Shown piece after piece: positions 26,121-35,866 of a DNA stretch of 37,938 nt; positions within the stretch are counted from its first letter, which is position 1, and the number at the start of each line of letters is the position of its first letter. The stretch comes from a virus (Duplodnaviria; Caudoviricetes): positions 1-37,938 of IMG/VR virus record IMGVR_UViG_3300020042_008090; one strand, given 5' to 3'. The position numbers and the translations under genes are program-made. The notes beneath the pieces were generated by a model. That model had not been told where the DNA came from. It saw only the letters and a program-made list of their open reading frames with translations, and ran no database searches.

Positions 26121-27253
26121 GCTGCAAATCTCCTGTTCCCGGTCGTGGCGAATGAGCGCCCGTCCTGTTCGGTGTCAAAATCAGCCGAGCCGCTTGTTCC
26201 GAATGCCCTATCCCGCGCTGCCGTGGCAAAGTCAGCCACATCATCGGCGCTATAAGTTCTGACAGCCGGGGCCACATCCAGCGTAGTTCCGCGCCCGATG
26301 GTTGCAGAAACACTGACCAGAGTCAGGGCTGCTGTTGAGCAATTGGTTGTCCGTCCCCGCGTTACCGTGGCGTTATTGGCAACCAGCGTAAGCGTTACCG
26401 TTGCGCCGTTTACTGTGCGAGCGCGGGTTATCGTTGCTGTTACGGGTACAAGTGACAGTGCCGCCGTTGAGCAAACCACATCCCGGCTACCGCCACGGGT
26501 AACAACTGAATTGACCGGCGTTAGTGTCAGTTCAGCCGTGGCGCAACTGATTGATCTACCACGCGCAATGGTTGCGGCGTTGGCAGTGAGCGTTAGCGCT
26601 GCCGTACTGCAGGCAACTGTAACGGCGCGTGTTACGGTAGCCGCAACGGGGGTTACTGTGAGCGCTGCCGTGGCACATGCCACTGACCGGCCACGGCCAA
26701 CAACTGCGTTTACAGGCGTTACTGTAAGGGCTGGTGTCGCGGCTGAAACTGACCTGCTACGGCCAACTGTTGCATTGACCGGCGTTACCGTGAGTGCTGC
26801 TGTCGTGCAACTAACCGTTCTGCCGGTAATCAGCGTTGCATTAACGGGCGTTATCGTCAGTGTGGCCGATGCCCATGCGGCTGATCTGCCACGCACCACC
26901 GATGCATTAACCGGAGTGACTGTTATTGCTGCTGTGGTGCAGGTAATGTTCCGAGCACGGCTAACGGTTGCTGCAACCGCCGTAACGGTCACATTCGCCG
27001 TTGTGGCGCTTACCGTCCTGCCTTTAACAACAGACGCAGCCACGGGCGTTACCGTGAGCGCTACGGTGCTGCAAGCTGCCGAGCGTCCCCGGCCAGCGGT
27101 GGCAGTAACAGGTGTTACTGTGATAGCCGCTGTGCTGCAGGCTACCGTTCTCGCCCTGCTGACCGTTGCCGCTACTGCGGTAACTGTTACGGTTGCTGTG
27201 GTGGCGTTAACCGCCCGTCCTGCCACCGAGTTGAATAGCAGCAGCAAGCTCAT
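26117..27253 (-). CDS. Thr/Val/Ala-rich 22-aa repeat fibre-like protein
   Basis: 14 repeats of about GR.V.CSTAALTVTPV.ATV.R. Confidence 0.85.
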   Translation of the reverse strand: MSLLLLFNSVAGRAVNATTATVTVTAVAATVSRARTVACSTAAITVTPVTATAGRGRSAACSTVALTVTPVAASVVKGRTVSATTANVTVTAVAATVSRARNITCTTAAITVTPVNASVVRGRSAAWASATLTITPVNATLITGRTVSCTTAALTVTPVNATVGRSRSVSAATPALTVTPVNAVVGRGRSVACATAALTVTPVAATVTRAVTVACSTAALTLTANAATIARGRSISCATAELTLTPVNSVVTRGGSRDVVCSTAALSLVPVTATITRARTVNGATVTLTLVANNATVTRGRTTNCSTAALTLVSVSATIGRGTTLDVAPAVRTYSADDVADFATAARDRAFGTSGSADFDTEQDGRSFATTGNRRFAA

Positions 27254-27254
27254 G

Positions 27255-27770
27255 TTAGTAGCTGAATATCAGTTTAAGTAATGGGCTATGCCCGTCAGCA
27301 GCGGGTACAGCGAATACCCCAGGATTCGGCAACGTGTTCGAGGTCAGTCCAGCCTGAATCACCCTGCCAAATCGCGGGTTAACAATGGATGATCCGGCCT
27401 GACGCGCAATCGTGCTGGTTCCGGCCGTAGCCCATGCAGCGTAATACAAAACACCCTCTTGCAGGACTAACGGATTGGTGAGCGTCCATGTATTCACCGC
27501 CGCCGCCGTTGATGCTGTCGGGCCTCTTGACACTAGTCTGGTTGTGCCTTGATAGATTCCAAGGTCGTGACTCTGTGTTCCGGCCAGACAAGCAAAGGAC
27601 ATCGACAAAAGCGCTGCTGTGTAGGGCATGACGAAGGGCTGATAATAACCCTGGTTCGCTGTCCCTGCCCCGGCTGTTGTCACTATGTTGATGTTGGCTT
27701 CGCCATACATCGGCACAATCAGCGATTTTTCCGGCAATAAAACTCGCGGAGTGGATGTTGCGTAACTCAT
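27255..27770 (-). CDS. putative virion jelly-roll protein (paralog of 27767-28330)
   Basis: PF..LGIY..TRLV..L..G.LYYAA. Confidence 0.7.
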   Translation of the reverse strand: MSYATSTPRVLLPEKSLIVPMYGEANINIVTTAGAGTANQGYYQPFVMPYTAALLSMSFACLAGTQSHDLGIYQGTTRLVSRGPTASTAAAVNTWTLTNPLVLQEGVLYYAAWATAGTSTIARQAGSSIVNPRFGRVIQAGLTSNTLPNPGVFAVPAADGHSPLLKLIFSY

Positions 27771-28330
27771 GCAGCGCCACTCACCACAGACAAGAACATG
27801 CCGGGAATAAATCGTGCTACGGACAATGCCGCCGGAACTATCGGATCAGGCAAGGTATCAACGGAGGTCTGTTGCTGGATGTTGCACAAAAGCCCTGCCG
27901 ATAAAACCACCTGAGTAGCCGACAATCCATAGACATTATTGGCCGTTGTAACCGATGCGCTGAAGGCTGCGTAATAGAGCGTGTTGGCCGTCAAGGCCGT
28001 GTCTGCTGTATCCACCCATTGCACTAGACTCGCCGTTCCGATGGCGGTTGCCGTGGTCGTTACAAGTCTTGTGAGCGCTGAGTTATACAGCGCCATACAG
28101 CGCGTCCCGCCCATTGTGCCGGAGCCGTTTATCCAGCCCAATTTCAGCACCGTGCAATCTTCCCAAACCATGAAGGGAACAATCACCGCTGCCGCTGCCG
28201 TAGTCCACGCGCCTGATGCTTGAAGCGTGTTTAAATCAGCCAATTGCCCGATCAGCGAGTGCCGGGGGCTGAGAAGATCAATAATCGTCCGAGGCAGAGC
28301 CGTCACAGGTGGCGGAGGTGCATAACTCAT
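27767..28330 (-). CDS. putative virion jelly-roll protein (paralog of 27255-27770)
   Basis: PF..MALY..TRLV..L..LYYAA. Confidence 0.7.
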   Translation of the reverse strand: MSYAPPPPVTALPRTIIDLLSPRHSLIGQLADLNTLQASGAWTTAAAAVIVPFMVWEDCTVLKLGWINGSGTMGGTRCMALYNSALTRLVTTTATAIGTASLVQWVDTADTALTANTLYYAAFSASVTTANNVYGLSATQVVLSAGLLCNIQQQTSVDTLPDPIVPAALSVARFIPGMFLSVVSGAA

Positions 28331-28704
28331 GCGTCATATTCTTCAATGTAATGGACGTAAACCGTACCCGCTGTCGCTGCCGAGGTGATGCCCTGAACGA
28401 GAGCTGTCGTGTGCAGCGTGATAGCAGCGCCAGGGTCAAGCTGAAAGCCGTTGGCCGTGGTGACGGTAGCGATGCCGATAAAGACCGCAACCGGCATACG
28501 GTTGACAAACGTCACGCGCTTGCGGGTTTCACGAGCGGCAAGCAAAGTAGCGGCGGTGTTAGAAATGTTAACCTGTCCATTCGCCAGCGTAGCCGCGCCA
28601 ATATCATTGACGCGCTGAACCTGTACCGTAACGGAGTTGATGGTTCGCTCATCAGAGCTGATATTGGTTCCGCTGCCTGCGGTAATGGCGACATTATCAG
28701 CCAT
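28327..28704 (-). CDS. putative virion protein
   Basis: MADNV.IT.GSGT; L.AAR..R..N..VFIG..VT..NGF.L.PG. Confidence 0.75.
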   Translation of the reverse strand: MADNVAITAGSGTNISSDERTINSVTVQVQRVNDIGAATLANGQVNISNTAATLLAARETRKRVTFVNRMPVAVFIGIATVTTANGFQLDPGAAITLHTTALVQGITSAATAGTVYVHYIEEYDA

Positions 28705-28707
28705 TTA

Positions 28708-29169
28708 TTAAGCCTGATTCATCCGAAAGATGCCGTTAGCACCAAACGTAATCGTTAACGGCCCAGTGGTCATGTTGAATGCGCCACCCAGATCAATTGC
28801 AGCAACGGCATTCTTTCCTGCGGCTGTGTCGTTGTACAGGATGCCCCAGGTTGCATTGGTTGGGTTGCTTGCGTTAGCCGCCCAGGCTGCCGGATCGTCC
28901 GCATCGAACTGAGCCAGCCCACCAGTCAGATCATAGGTCGGACTGGCGCAAGCAGCGCCGCCGGCAGAGTAGTTGCCGCCGGGAGTGACTTCCTCCGCTG
29001 CAAAGTTAGTCGTGCCGCCAGCGCCCCATCTCGGATCAGCCGTGGTTGTGCTTGGCGTTGTCGCCCCCGTAGTCAGCCCAATCTTGAAGGTATCAGTTTC
29101 GAGCTGATGCACTTCCTCGCCAATGTCAACCATGAACTGATCAAATACAATTACATCACCTTGCGCCAT
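28708..29169 (-). CDS. putative virion structural (neck/collar) protein
   Basis: DTFKI.L, EV..GNY.AGG, FDA.D..W, ILYND, G.LTI.F..GIF. Confidence 0.8.
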   Translation of the reverse strand: MAQGDVIVFDQFMVDIGEEVHQLETDTFKIGLTTGATTPSTTTADPRWGAGGTTNFAAEEVTPGGNYSAGGAACASPTYDLTGGLAQFDADDPAAWAANASNPTNATWGILYNDTAAGKNAVAAIDLGGAFNMTTGPLTITFGANGIFRMNQA

Positions 29170-29180
29170 GTTCTAAATCC

Positions 29181-29783
29181 TCATGCGTAAACACGTTTTG
29201 TGGCCAATAACATTTTGACCGTCTTATTTTCCTGAACCTGTCCGGGGTAGATAATCTGCCCCTCGCGGTTTTCGTATAAATCACCCACCGTTAACAGAAT
29301 CGCCTGCCGTACTGACATCGGAGTATTGGCCACCGTATCCTCGGATGGACTAGCCAGATCTGAATAGCCGCACTGATAGGTGATCTGCACCCCATCAGGA
29401 CGCGGATAAACAGCAGGCCATGTGCCGCCGTAGGACAATGAAACAACGTCCCGATGCAGTTGGTAGTTTGACGTTGCTAAAGTAGTCAGCACGGACGGTG
29501 ATGCGCTGCTGTAATACTTGATATGGGTAATAGACTGAATCGGCTTACCAGGAAGCCTCATCTGATTTTCAAACCCGGCAATATCCGCCCGGTAGGTATG
29601 CTTTGCAAAAGACCGATTGCAGTAAATCTCGACGTATTCACGCGCTGCGGCGATCATGTTGTAAATCAGCAAATCATCGGTATCAATATCGACGCGCAAG
29701 TGATCGCGAGCTTCTGCCACGCTAACGGGCTCAATCGCGGGACTGCCGATTTCTGTAATATAGTCCGTAGTGATATTCAGCAT
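29181..29783 (-). CDS. head-tail connector (HK97 gp6-like, extended)
   Basis: EPVS.AEA..HLRVD..DD.LI..I.AAR..E, P..QAILL.VG..YENRE. Confidence 0.93.
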   Translation of the reverse strand: MLNITTDYITEIGSPAIEPVSVAEARDHLRVDIDTDDLLIYNMIAAAREYVEIYCNRSFAKHTYRADIAGFENQMRLPGKPIQSITHIKYYSSASPSVLTTLATSNYQLHRDVVSLSYGGTWPAVYPRPDGVQITYQCGYSDLASPSEDTVANTPMSVRQAILLTVGDLYENREGQIIYPGQVQENKTVKMLLATKRVYA

Positions 29784-30463
29784 AAATGTTCCCAGAAATC
29801 CCCGTTACTCAATTCTTCAAGGCTCCATTGCGCCCATGAAAGGCGTTTAAGCCACGCTTCCCGGTCGCTGTTATGCACTACGTGACGCGGATCTGTGCTG
29901 ATCGTGTGTAAACCGGCTATCTCGCAATCCACCAGAACCGTTGATGCGTGGCCTATCGCCACGTCTGCCAGTTCCATTACGACATTCATCGGACAGCGCA
30001 ACGTGTTAAACGGCGATGTTTGCTTGGAGTCCTGCGGGTGCGCCTTGAAATATCGCCGGTCAAACTTGCGAGCCAAGTCACATTCCATGCTCATGTCCCG
30101 GCCATAGTCGCCAAAGACAACGGCAGTTCCTTTTCTTTCCTTGCGCGGTTTCAGTTCGGGCAGTTCGCCTTTGGCTTCTGTCTTGTCGGCATTGCGAAAA
30201 TCACGCGAGCCATCGGGGTTCAGCCAGCCGAGACTGATAATGTCGTGCGCGTCACCATAGAACGTGCGGTCAAGCCATAAAACATTCGGCTTGCCTTGCC
30301 ATTCTTCCAGCGCATACCACGGCCCGGAAACGATATGAATATCACCGGCCTTTAACTTATCGGCTGTAACGTCCAGCATTACGCCATGACGCTCAAAGCC
30401 CTGTTTTAACACTTCGCCGTGTTCTACCTGATGGGGCAGATACGGGTTTAGGTGTGCTACCAC
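29777..30463 (-). CDS. KpsS/capsule-biosynthesis-like GT-B glycosyltransferase
   Basis: K.HP, A..ST..IAG, R..WL..L.WAQWS..E..G; GTG start overlaps upstream stop. Confidence 0.55.
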   Translation of the reverse strand: MVAHLNPYLPHQVEHGEVLKQGFERHGVMLDVTADKLKAGDIHIVSGPWYALEEWQGKPNVLWLDRTFYGDAHDIISLGWLNPDGSRDFRNADKTEAKGELPELKPRKERKGTAVVFGDYGRDMSMECDLARKFDRRYFKAHPQDSKQTSPFNTLRCPMNVVMELADVAIGHASTVLVDCEIAGLHTISTDPRHVVHNSDREAWLKRLSWAQWSLEELSNGDFWEHLC

Positions 30464-31074
30464 TGAAACCAAGGTTCTCTCACATATTCGGGTTTCGGTT
30501 CGCCGTGGAAAACCACTACGCGGCAATCATCCGGCAGTCCATTTCGGCAGTGGTACTTGTACGATTTAACGTACTGTTCGGGTATCTGCGCCACTTCCAA
30601 TAGCTTGTTGTCGCGCAGGTAGGTAACAAACTCCTGATCGCCCCAGAACACGCCCTGAGCGTTTACAGGGGGCCAGTGCGCCCAATCCGGGTTAAACCTT
30701 TCGGCCACATTGATCTTGCCGCCCCATGCCATCACAGAGCTTTGGCAACCGCCGTGGCCCGATTGCGCCCAATTCCACGGCATAGCCAAGGGGCCATTCG
30801 TGTAGGGCAGCAGGAAGTCCAGCGAGCCGGTTATGACAACATCCAGATCAAGCCAGATGTTCTGCTCTGATCCCATCATGGGAACAGCGAGCTTGCCCCA
30901 CCATCCCGGCCAGTCAACCGGAGGCGGTACGCACGTAACGCCGGGAATGCTTCGGCTTGTCACGCAAAGGAACTGATGCTCAGTTGTCAAGGATTCCTTG
31001 ACATCTCGCTTCAATCGCTGAACGTGGTAATCGCTGTACTTATCGCCCCAACAGAGAGACCAGACAGTTACCAT
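30457..31074 (-). CDS. GT-A glycosyltransferase (GT8-related)
   Basis: WG.KY, WWGKL, WLDLDVVI (DxD), SSVM, GDQ, VVFHGEPKP. Confidence 0.85.
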   Translation of the reverse strand: MVTVWSLCWGDKYSDYHVQRLKRDVKESLTTEHQFLCVTSRSIPGVTCVPPPVDWPGWWGKLAVPMMGSEQNIWLDLDVVITGSLDFLLPYTNGPLAMPWNWAQSGHGGCQSSVMAWGGKINVAERFNPDWAHWPPVNAQGVFWGDQEFVTYLRDNKLLEVAQIPEQYVKSYKYHCRNGLPDDCRVVVFHGEPKPEYVREPWFQW

Positions 31075-31640
31075 AACGCCACTGTTATTTGGTACTGATT
31101 CAGGCCGAACGGTTCAAACTGCAATCCGGTTTCAGCGACAAAGGTATCAACAGCCTTTTTCACTTGCGGCCTGTTGCCGTAGTCATCACCAAATATGCAT
31201 TGATCTACAATCTCACGAGCCCCGCGTAGGTCAGCAAGACAGCCTTCAAAGGTGTGCGAGCCATCGACATAAGCCCAATCAACGCGCCCTTTGAACGTGC
31301 GGAAAAACTCAGCCGAAGTGCAGCGGTGAATCGTAACCGGAGACTTTTTGAAGCGCCTCTGTACGGCTCGATATATCCCGTCATAGTGCTTTTGGAAATC
31401 TGCCGGGTCAGATGACCCCACCAGCTTTGCATACCTTTTAAGATATGCCCTGTATCCGCCGTGTTCTTCCGAATCGCTGTAAGGCTCTACAGCCCACGGA
31501 TCGACCAAGTGCAGGTGTCCGGCACGCTTCAGAAACTTGGCGCTGCTGTCGCCCTTCCAGACGCCTATTTCAACGCCTATTGAACCAGGCGGTATTCGCT
31601 TCCATGTTTCATCGGAACCCGTGTTGCTGCCGTACATCAT
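31068..31640 (-). CDS. class I SAM methyltransferase (Methyltransf_24-like)
   Basis: GVEIGVWKGDS, VDPW, YVDGSH..DL, GDDY. Confidence 0.9.
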   Translation of the reverse strand: MMYGSNTGSDETWKRIPPGSIGVEIGVWKGDSSAKFLKRAGHLHLVDPWAVEPYSDSEEHGGYRAYLKRYAKLVGSSDPADFQKHYDGIYRAVQRRFKKSPVTIHRCTSAEFFRTFKGRVDWAYVDGSHTFEGCLADLRGAREIVDQCIFGDDYGNRPQVKKAVDTFVAETGLQFEPFGLNQYQITVALW

Positions 31641-32140
31641 CGAATTTCAATCAGGTATGAGTCAGGCTTGCGGCCTTCGCGGAAATCGTGGTGTATCGCG
31701 TTATCCGGCAAGCCGTCAATCAGCGCATCAAAGCCAGGATCAAGCGGCCATACATCTTCAATGAAGTACACGCCGCCGGGGTTCAGCTTCCAGCCGAGGT
31801 TCCGATAGGTTTCAAGTTGTACAGCAGCCTTGTGGCAACCGTCATCAATGATGATGTCAAAGGTTCCAGGGACTTCAATGGTCTGTGAGTCGCCTTTGTA
31901 CCAAGACACCCGGCGAAAGTTCAGCGCGGGAATCCGTTCGGGCGGCAAGCGCTGGAAGGTATCAACGCCAACAATATCAGCCTTCGGGAACCAGTCCAGC
32001 CATGAGGCAATGCCAGCGCCTCGAAAGATGCCAATTTCTAGTAAACGAAAAGGCTCAGGCAGGGTTTCATAAACCGCATCGTATCCGTGCCATTTGGCTC
32101 TATCGCATCCGTGGCGCGCGAATACTTCACTCAGACGCAT
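31637..32140 (-). CDS. class I SAM methyltransferase (sugar O-methyltransferase-like)
   Basis: HGY..YE, LLEIGI..G, W..FP.A.I.GVD, FDIIIDDG.H, PGG.Y.IED. Confidence 0.9.
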   Translation of the reverse strand: MRLSEVFARHGCDRAKWHGYDAVYETLPEPFRLLEIGIFRGAGIASWLDWFPKADIVGVDTFQRLPPERIPALNFRRVSWYKGDSQTIEVPGTFDIIIDDGCHKAAVQLETYRNLGWKLNPGGVYFIEDVWPLDPGFDALIDGLPDNAIHHDFREGRKPDSYLIEIR

Positions 32141-32787
32141 GTGGTCGATTGTTCCTGTTGAACGCGGGTTAAAAACGGGTAAAGCTCTTGCAATCCTGGA
32201 ACCAGCTGCCGACACATCAGAGCATCGTTCGGCCATAAGCCGACACGGTTTACAAGGTCAATCAATTCTTTCGCGCCTTCGGGCTTGATGACGTAGGCAG
32301 AGTTACCGGCTAAACCATCCGGCCTTGGGTGCTCCAGAACGTGCGTTTTGGGCCAAACTCCCGGCCCGCGCTTGGCCATTTCATCTGACCACCAATCACC
32401 GCGAGGGGTCGCGCCTCTTGGGTCGTTGACTTGGCAGATTTTGTCGAACTCGAAAGGCTCAAAGGGGCGAAGGAATACGGCGTCATGTTCTAGAATCATT
32501 ATCGGGCCGATTACCGTGCACCACTTCCATAACGCAAGGTGTGACAGGGCGCAACCTATGCGCGATTGGTCGCCGCCGTAGCGGTGAAACTTTAGCCCTG
32601 TCTTGGGGCAATGCCCTGAGTCTTGCCACGTCCACTGAACCCCGAATAGATCAGCGGTATTGGCTGCGCGTTCTGCACTAACCGCCCAGAACCGCTCAAC
32701 CTCAATCCCTTTCGCGCTTTCAATGCACCGCGCTGCGCTGGCCTCTGAATACTCGTGGCCGCGCAGGGTGATAACGAAGGCTTTCAC
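32131..32787 (-). CDS. GT25-like glycosyltransferase
   Basis: FVITL, IGCALSH..LW, ILEHDA, AY.I.P.GAK.L. Confidence 0.88.
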   Translation of the reverse strand: MKAFVITLRGHEYSEASAARCIESAKGIEVERFWAVSAERAANTADLFGVQWTWQDSGHCPKTGLKFHRYGGDQSRIGCALSHLALWKWCTVIGPIMILEHDAVFLRPFEPFEFDKICQVNDPRGATPRGDWWSDEMAKRGPGVWPKTHVLEHPRPDGLAGNSAYVIKPEGAKELIDLVNRVGLWPNDALMCRQLVPGLQELYPFLTRVQQEQSTTCV

Positions 32788-33551
32788 AACTTGGCTATGA
32801 CCCGCTCAATTTCACCGGGCTGAAGCTTGGATGACAGGAAGAAATGCACGAAATAAGCCTCACTGACGCTCTCTACAGCCACATACATGGCATTCCATCG
32901 CCAATCAAGGCTGCGGGTAGACATGCCGGATTTCTTTACCCAATAATTCAGCAAGGTCTGGTCTGTTGACCACTTCCAATGACCTTCGCCGTTCACGAAG
33001 CGCTCGAACCCAGGGCGCCGGATGAACTGTTCAGGGGTTTCGCCGTTCAGGTAGGGCAGGATTGCCTTATCCAGCACCATCAAGCCCATATTGAAGTAAT
33101 GAGCGCCTCTTGCGTCCCATTGCCAGTCAACATCCTTCAGGCTGCTAAACTGTCCATCTGAGTGTTTGCGGACTTTCTCGGCATATTGGGCTGTGAGCGG
33201 CATGTCTCTTTCAACCGCGCCCGCAAATGCCGCGCCTTGCGTTTGTGCAAATAGGTCAGGCGCGCTGTTTTGGATGTAAATGTCGGCATCAATAATGGCG
33301 ACCTGTTCATACCGGTCAAGATAGGCAAAAGCGTTTTCCTTTTCATAGATGGGCAGATATCCGAGTCTTAGTGCGTTCTCACTACGGCAAGACTTCACCG
33401 GCACAATCCGCAAAATGGGCTGACGCTGAACGATATGGTCAGCGCCAATCCGTGTTGCGTACTCTGCAACAGATGCAATGCATTGCTCGTAAAACGGCGG
33501 AACTTCACCCACTGCGACCTGATAAATCAGGCGGGAAGGTTGTTTTTCCAT
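32784..33551 (-). CDS. GT8-like glycosyltransferase
   Basis: IIDADI (DxD), YFN.G.MV, DQ.LLNY, WN, FVHF. Confidence 0.88.
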   Translation of the reverse strand: MEKQPSRLIYQVAVGEVPPFYEQCIASVAEYATRIGADHIVQRQPILRIVPVKSCRSENALRLGYLPIYEKENAFAYLDRYEQVAIIDADIYIQNSAPDLFAQTQGAAFAGAVERDMPLTAQYAEKVRKHSDGQFSSLKDVDWQWDARGAHYFNMGLMVLDKAILPYLNGETPEQFIRRPGFERFVNGEGHWKWSTDQTLLNYWVKKSGMSTRSLDWRWNAMYVAVESVSEAYFVHFFLSSKLQPGEIERVIAKL

Positions 33552-34144
33552 CCCCGCTCTATCAAATCCCGTTTATCGTCGTGTTTTTGGCCTATCTGGC
33601 TGTATCCTGGCGGCTGATGCGTCATGGTAGGGTATAAAGCATACCCGCCGCCCTGCGCTGCAAATTCACCCAGGATAATGTCAAACATCGCATTCGGCTG
33701 GCCGGCGCGGTCACACCAGAACGACATAAACTCCCGCATGGATTCGCGGTTCAAAACGTAGGCTTCAGCACAGGAAAACCCGTTGCTGATTTCGTAGACA
33801 AATTCAGAGACTTTCTTTAACGGGCCGCGAGGATGGCCGCCGTAGTAAAAAACCCGCCAATCTTCCGGCATTTCAAACCAATCGTAGCGCCGGAACACAA
33901 TATCGTCTTCGATGAACAAAGCCTGCTCAACATCCTGAGCAATCGCCGTGCTGATGGCCTTCAGGTGGCTCAGGCTGCAACCAAATTCGCCACGGGCATT
34001 GCGCCTCATGTTCGTCATGCTGAAGCCCTGTGCAGGCTCCTGCGCGTGAATGAATTGCACATCACCGTAACCGTGCTTTTCCAGTTCGGCGGTAATTGCG
34101 GTGCGCCGTCCTGGGTTTGGCAGGCTAACGACGAAAACTTTCAA
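33527..34144 (-). CDS. GT25-like glycosyltransferase
   Basis: VVSL..RR, GEFGCSLSH, FIEDDI, AYVLNR. Confidence 0.88.
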   Translation of the reverse strand: MKVFVVSLPNPGRRTAITAELEKHGYGDVQFIHAQEPAQGFSMTNMRRNARGEFGCSLSHLKAISTAIAQDVEQALFIEDDIVFRRYDWFEMPEDWRVFYYGGHPRGPLKKVSEFVYEISNGFSCAEAYVLNRESMREFMSFWCDRAGQPNAMFDIILGEFAAQGGGYALYPTMTHQPPGYSQIGQKHDDKRDLIERGWKNNLPA

Positions 34145-34692
34145 CGCGGCTTCCTGATATTCCGCTTAATCAGGCGTTGGTCAGGCATCGTAAACGGGCA
34201 ATCTTCGCCCTTCACCATGCGAACGTACAGGTTCCGATTCGGCTCTGGCCGGTCAAGCCCCATGCGTTCAATCGTCCAGCCGTTCAATTCCGCGAAAGAT
34301 TCATAGAATCCCTCGGTCGGATACCACTCTCCGTGCCACCACCACGACAAACCATCATGGTAAGGACACTGGCCGACATAAACGCCACCGACTTTGGTTA
34401 AGTGATGCGCGTTTTCCCAGAATCCTCGCTGATCGGAAACGTGTTCAGACGTTCCGATATTGCAGGTCATGTCGAACTGGCCAAACTCAGGCCATTGCGG
34501 TTTGCGTAGGTCGCGTTTCAGTGCACCGTGTTCACCATTCCAGTCAAGTGATACATGCCGGAAGCCGAGTGATTGAAAGTAAGCCTTATAAGTAAACTCG
34601 CCGTTTATTTTCCCGCCAAACTCCAGCATGGAACTTCCGAAAAGCGGAAGGTAATAGGCCCATTCGTCCAATCTGTTGTGAAACGGATTCAC
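34141..34692 (-). CDS. class I SAM methyltransferase
   Basis: LEFGG, SLDWN, DL, FD..N.GT.EHV, K.GG. Confidence 0.8.
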   Translation of the reverse strand: MNPFHNRLDEWAYYLPLFGSSMLEFGGKINGEFTYKAYFQSLGFRHVSLDWNGEHGALKRDLRKPQWPEFGQFDMTCNIGTSEHVSDQRGFWENAHHLTKVGGVYVGQCPYHDGLSWWWHGEWYPTEGFYESFAELNGWTIERMGLDRPEPNRNLYVRMVKGEDCPFTMPDQRLIKRNIRKPR

Positions 34693-35288
34693 AAATACTC
34701 CTTTAGTTCACCCTTCGGAAACCAAGGCAGCGCCGATCCTGGCGTGCAATTGATTATGGGTGGCAGATGTTTCTGGTCTGCAATTTTCTTGTAAACAGCC
34801 AGAAGGTCATTGCCATCTGGCTTGATAAATTTCGAAAACTTCCGTATTTCGGAAGGATACTCACCATCTTCACTGCTTAAGCCGGTGAAATAGTGCCTAG
34901 GTTCTCCTTGCGGGTAGGAGAAATCATGGCCCACTAGCAGAATCGTGTCGCAGCCATACTGGTTTGCAGCAAGGTTCAGCAGTTGATGCCCTGAGCAATG
35001 GCCAAGGCTAATCTTGTCGGGACTGTCCATCCATAGGCCATCGTGCCAGATGCCTTCGACATACTTGTAGCCGTAATCGTTACAGATAGCGGAGTCCCAA
35101 TGCCACTTGTCAAAATCACCGCGAACGGGTGAGTAGTAACGGTGCCATGCGGGATCGCAGGCGAGCCAAACGTCCGTTCGAACATCTTCAAAAACATTGT
35201 TCGGCGCGAATACCAGCCCTTTGAACTTTCTCAGCAGCGGCAACATAGGCCGCAAGCTGGGGCCGGTGCCTACAATGAGGCCAAGCAT
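34689..35288 (-). CDS. Maf/MptE(DUF115)/CstII-like glycosyltransferase-fold protein
   Basis: IVGTGPSL, NN, D.W.ACD, SG..NLA..GC..I.LVG.D, HYF. Confidence 0.75.
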   Translation of the reverse strand: MLGLIVGTGPSLRPMLPLLRKFKGLVFAPNNVFEDVRTDVWLACDPAWHRYYSPVRGDFDKWHWDSAICNDYGYKYVEGIWHDGLWMDSPDKISLGHCSGHQLLNLAANQYGCDTILLVGHDFSYPQGEPRHYFTGLSSEDGEYPSEIRKFSKFIKPDGNDLLAVYKKIADQKHLPPIINCTPGSALPWFPKGELKEYL

Positions 35289-35866
35289 GTGTCTAAATCG
35301 TGTTTGTCGAAACAATCCAGCGCTGTGCGCCGGGAACAATTCCAGATTTCAATTCCATAATCAGCAGGCTTGATCGTCCTGAACGCATTCACGAACGAAG
35401 GATACGGGCTGGCAGCATTCATACACTGCGGATGATCGCCAAACCAGTGCGATTTATCCTCGGAACGCATCATGTCGTAGCCCAAAAGGATAATCCTCTC
35501 TGCCCCCATCAGATACGCCAGATTCAACGCCTGCAAGCCTGAATTGCCGCCCCTATGGATAACTCCAGGGGTCTTGCTTAAACCGTCCTTTTCGACGCTC
35601 TCAAGCCCTGTTATGCCCCATTGCGCCGGCTCTACGGGCTTTCCTTTATCGTCCCATTGATGGGTTTGAGTCCAGAGCTTGCCCTCGAAGTCTCGCAGCA
35701 CATCGGCAATGTGATATTTCCACCACCGATAATCACAGGCATACAGATGATCAGCAGGTGCAAGGCGATACGAGTCATTTATTGCGATGGTTTCGACTTT
35801 CGCGCAGAGCGCTTGCGCGTCACTGGCGTTACAACTGGGTCCGCTGGCAATGATTCCGATTGTTCG
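35270..35866 (-). CDS. Maf/MptE/CstII-like transferase domain expressed as -1 frameshift fusion with 35779-36030
   Basis: Frame open upstream of the ORF-track GTG through IGIIASGPS..AINDSY..LYACD.RWW; then NSG.QA.NLA..GA..I.LLGYD; no ATG/GTG/TTG between upstream stop and first motif. Confidence 0.85.
   Translation of the reverse strand, partial: RTIGIIASGPSCNASDAQALCAKVETIAINDSYRLAPADHLYACDYRWWKYHIADVLRDFEGKLWTQTHQWDDKGKPVEPAQWGITGLESVEKDGLSKTPGVIHRGGNSGLQALNLAYLMGAERIILLGYDMMRSEDKSHWFGDHPQCMNAASPYPSFVNAFRTIKPADYGIEIWNCSRRTALDCFDKHDLDTCLASL

Noticed and set aside
26117-27253. Repeats as CRISPR array or DGR template
   Set aside because: Degenerate in-frame coding repeats; no spacers, cas or reverse transcriptase genes in the window.
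26298-27281. 327-aa plus-strand ORF
   Set aside because: Antisense shadow of the repeat-protein gene.
29777-35866. Cassette as serotype-conversion moron or DNA hypermodification system
   Set aside because: No membrane GtrA/B-like or exported components, no own promoter, no lysogeny genes; no base-hydroxylase/hydroxymethylase visible and location is late-structural. Disfavoured, not excluded.
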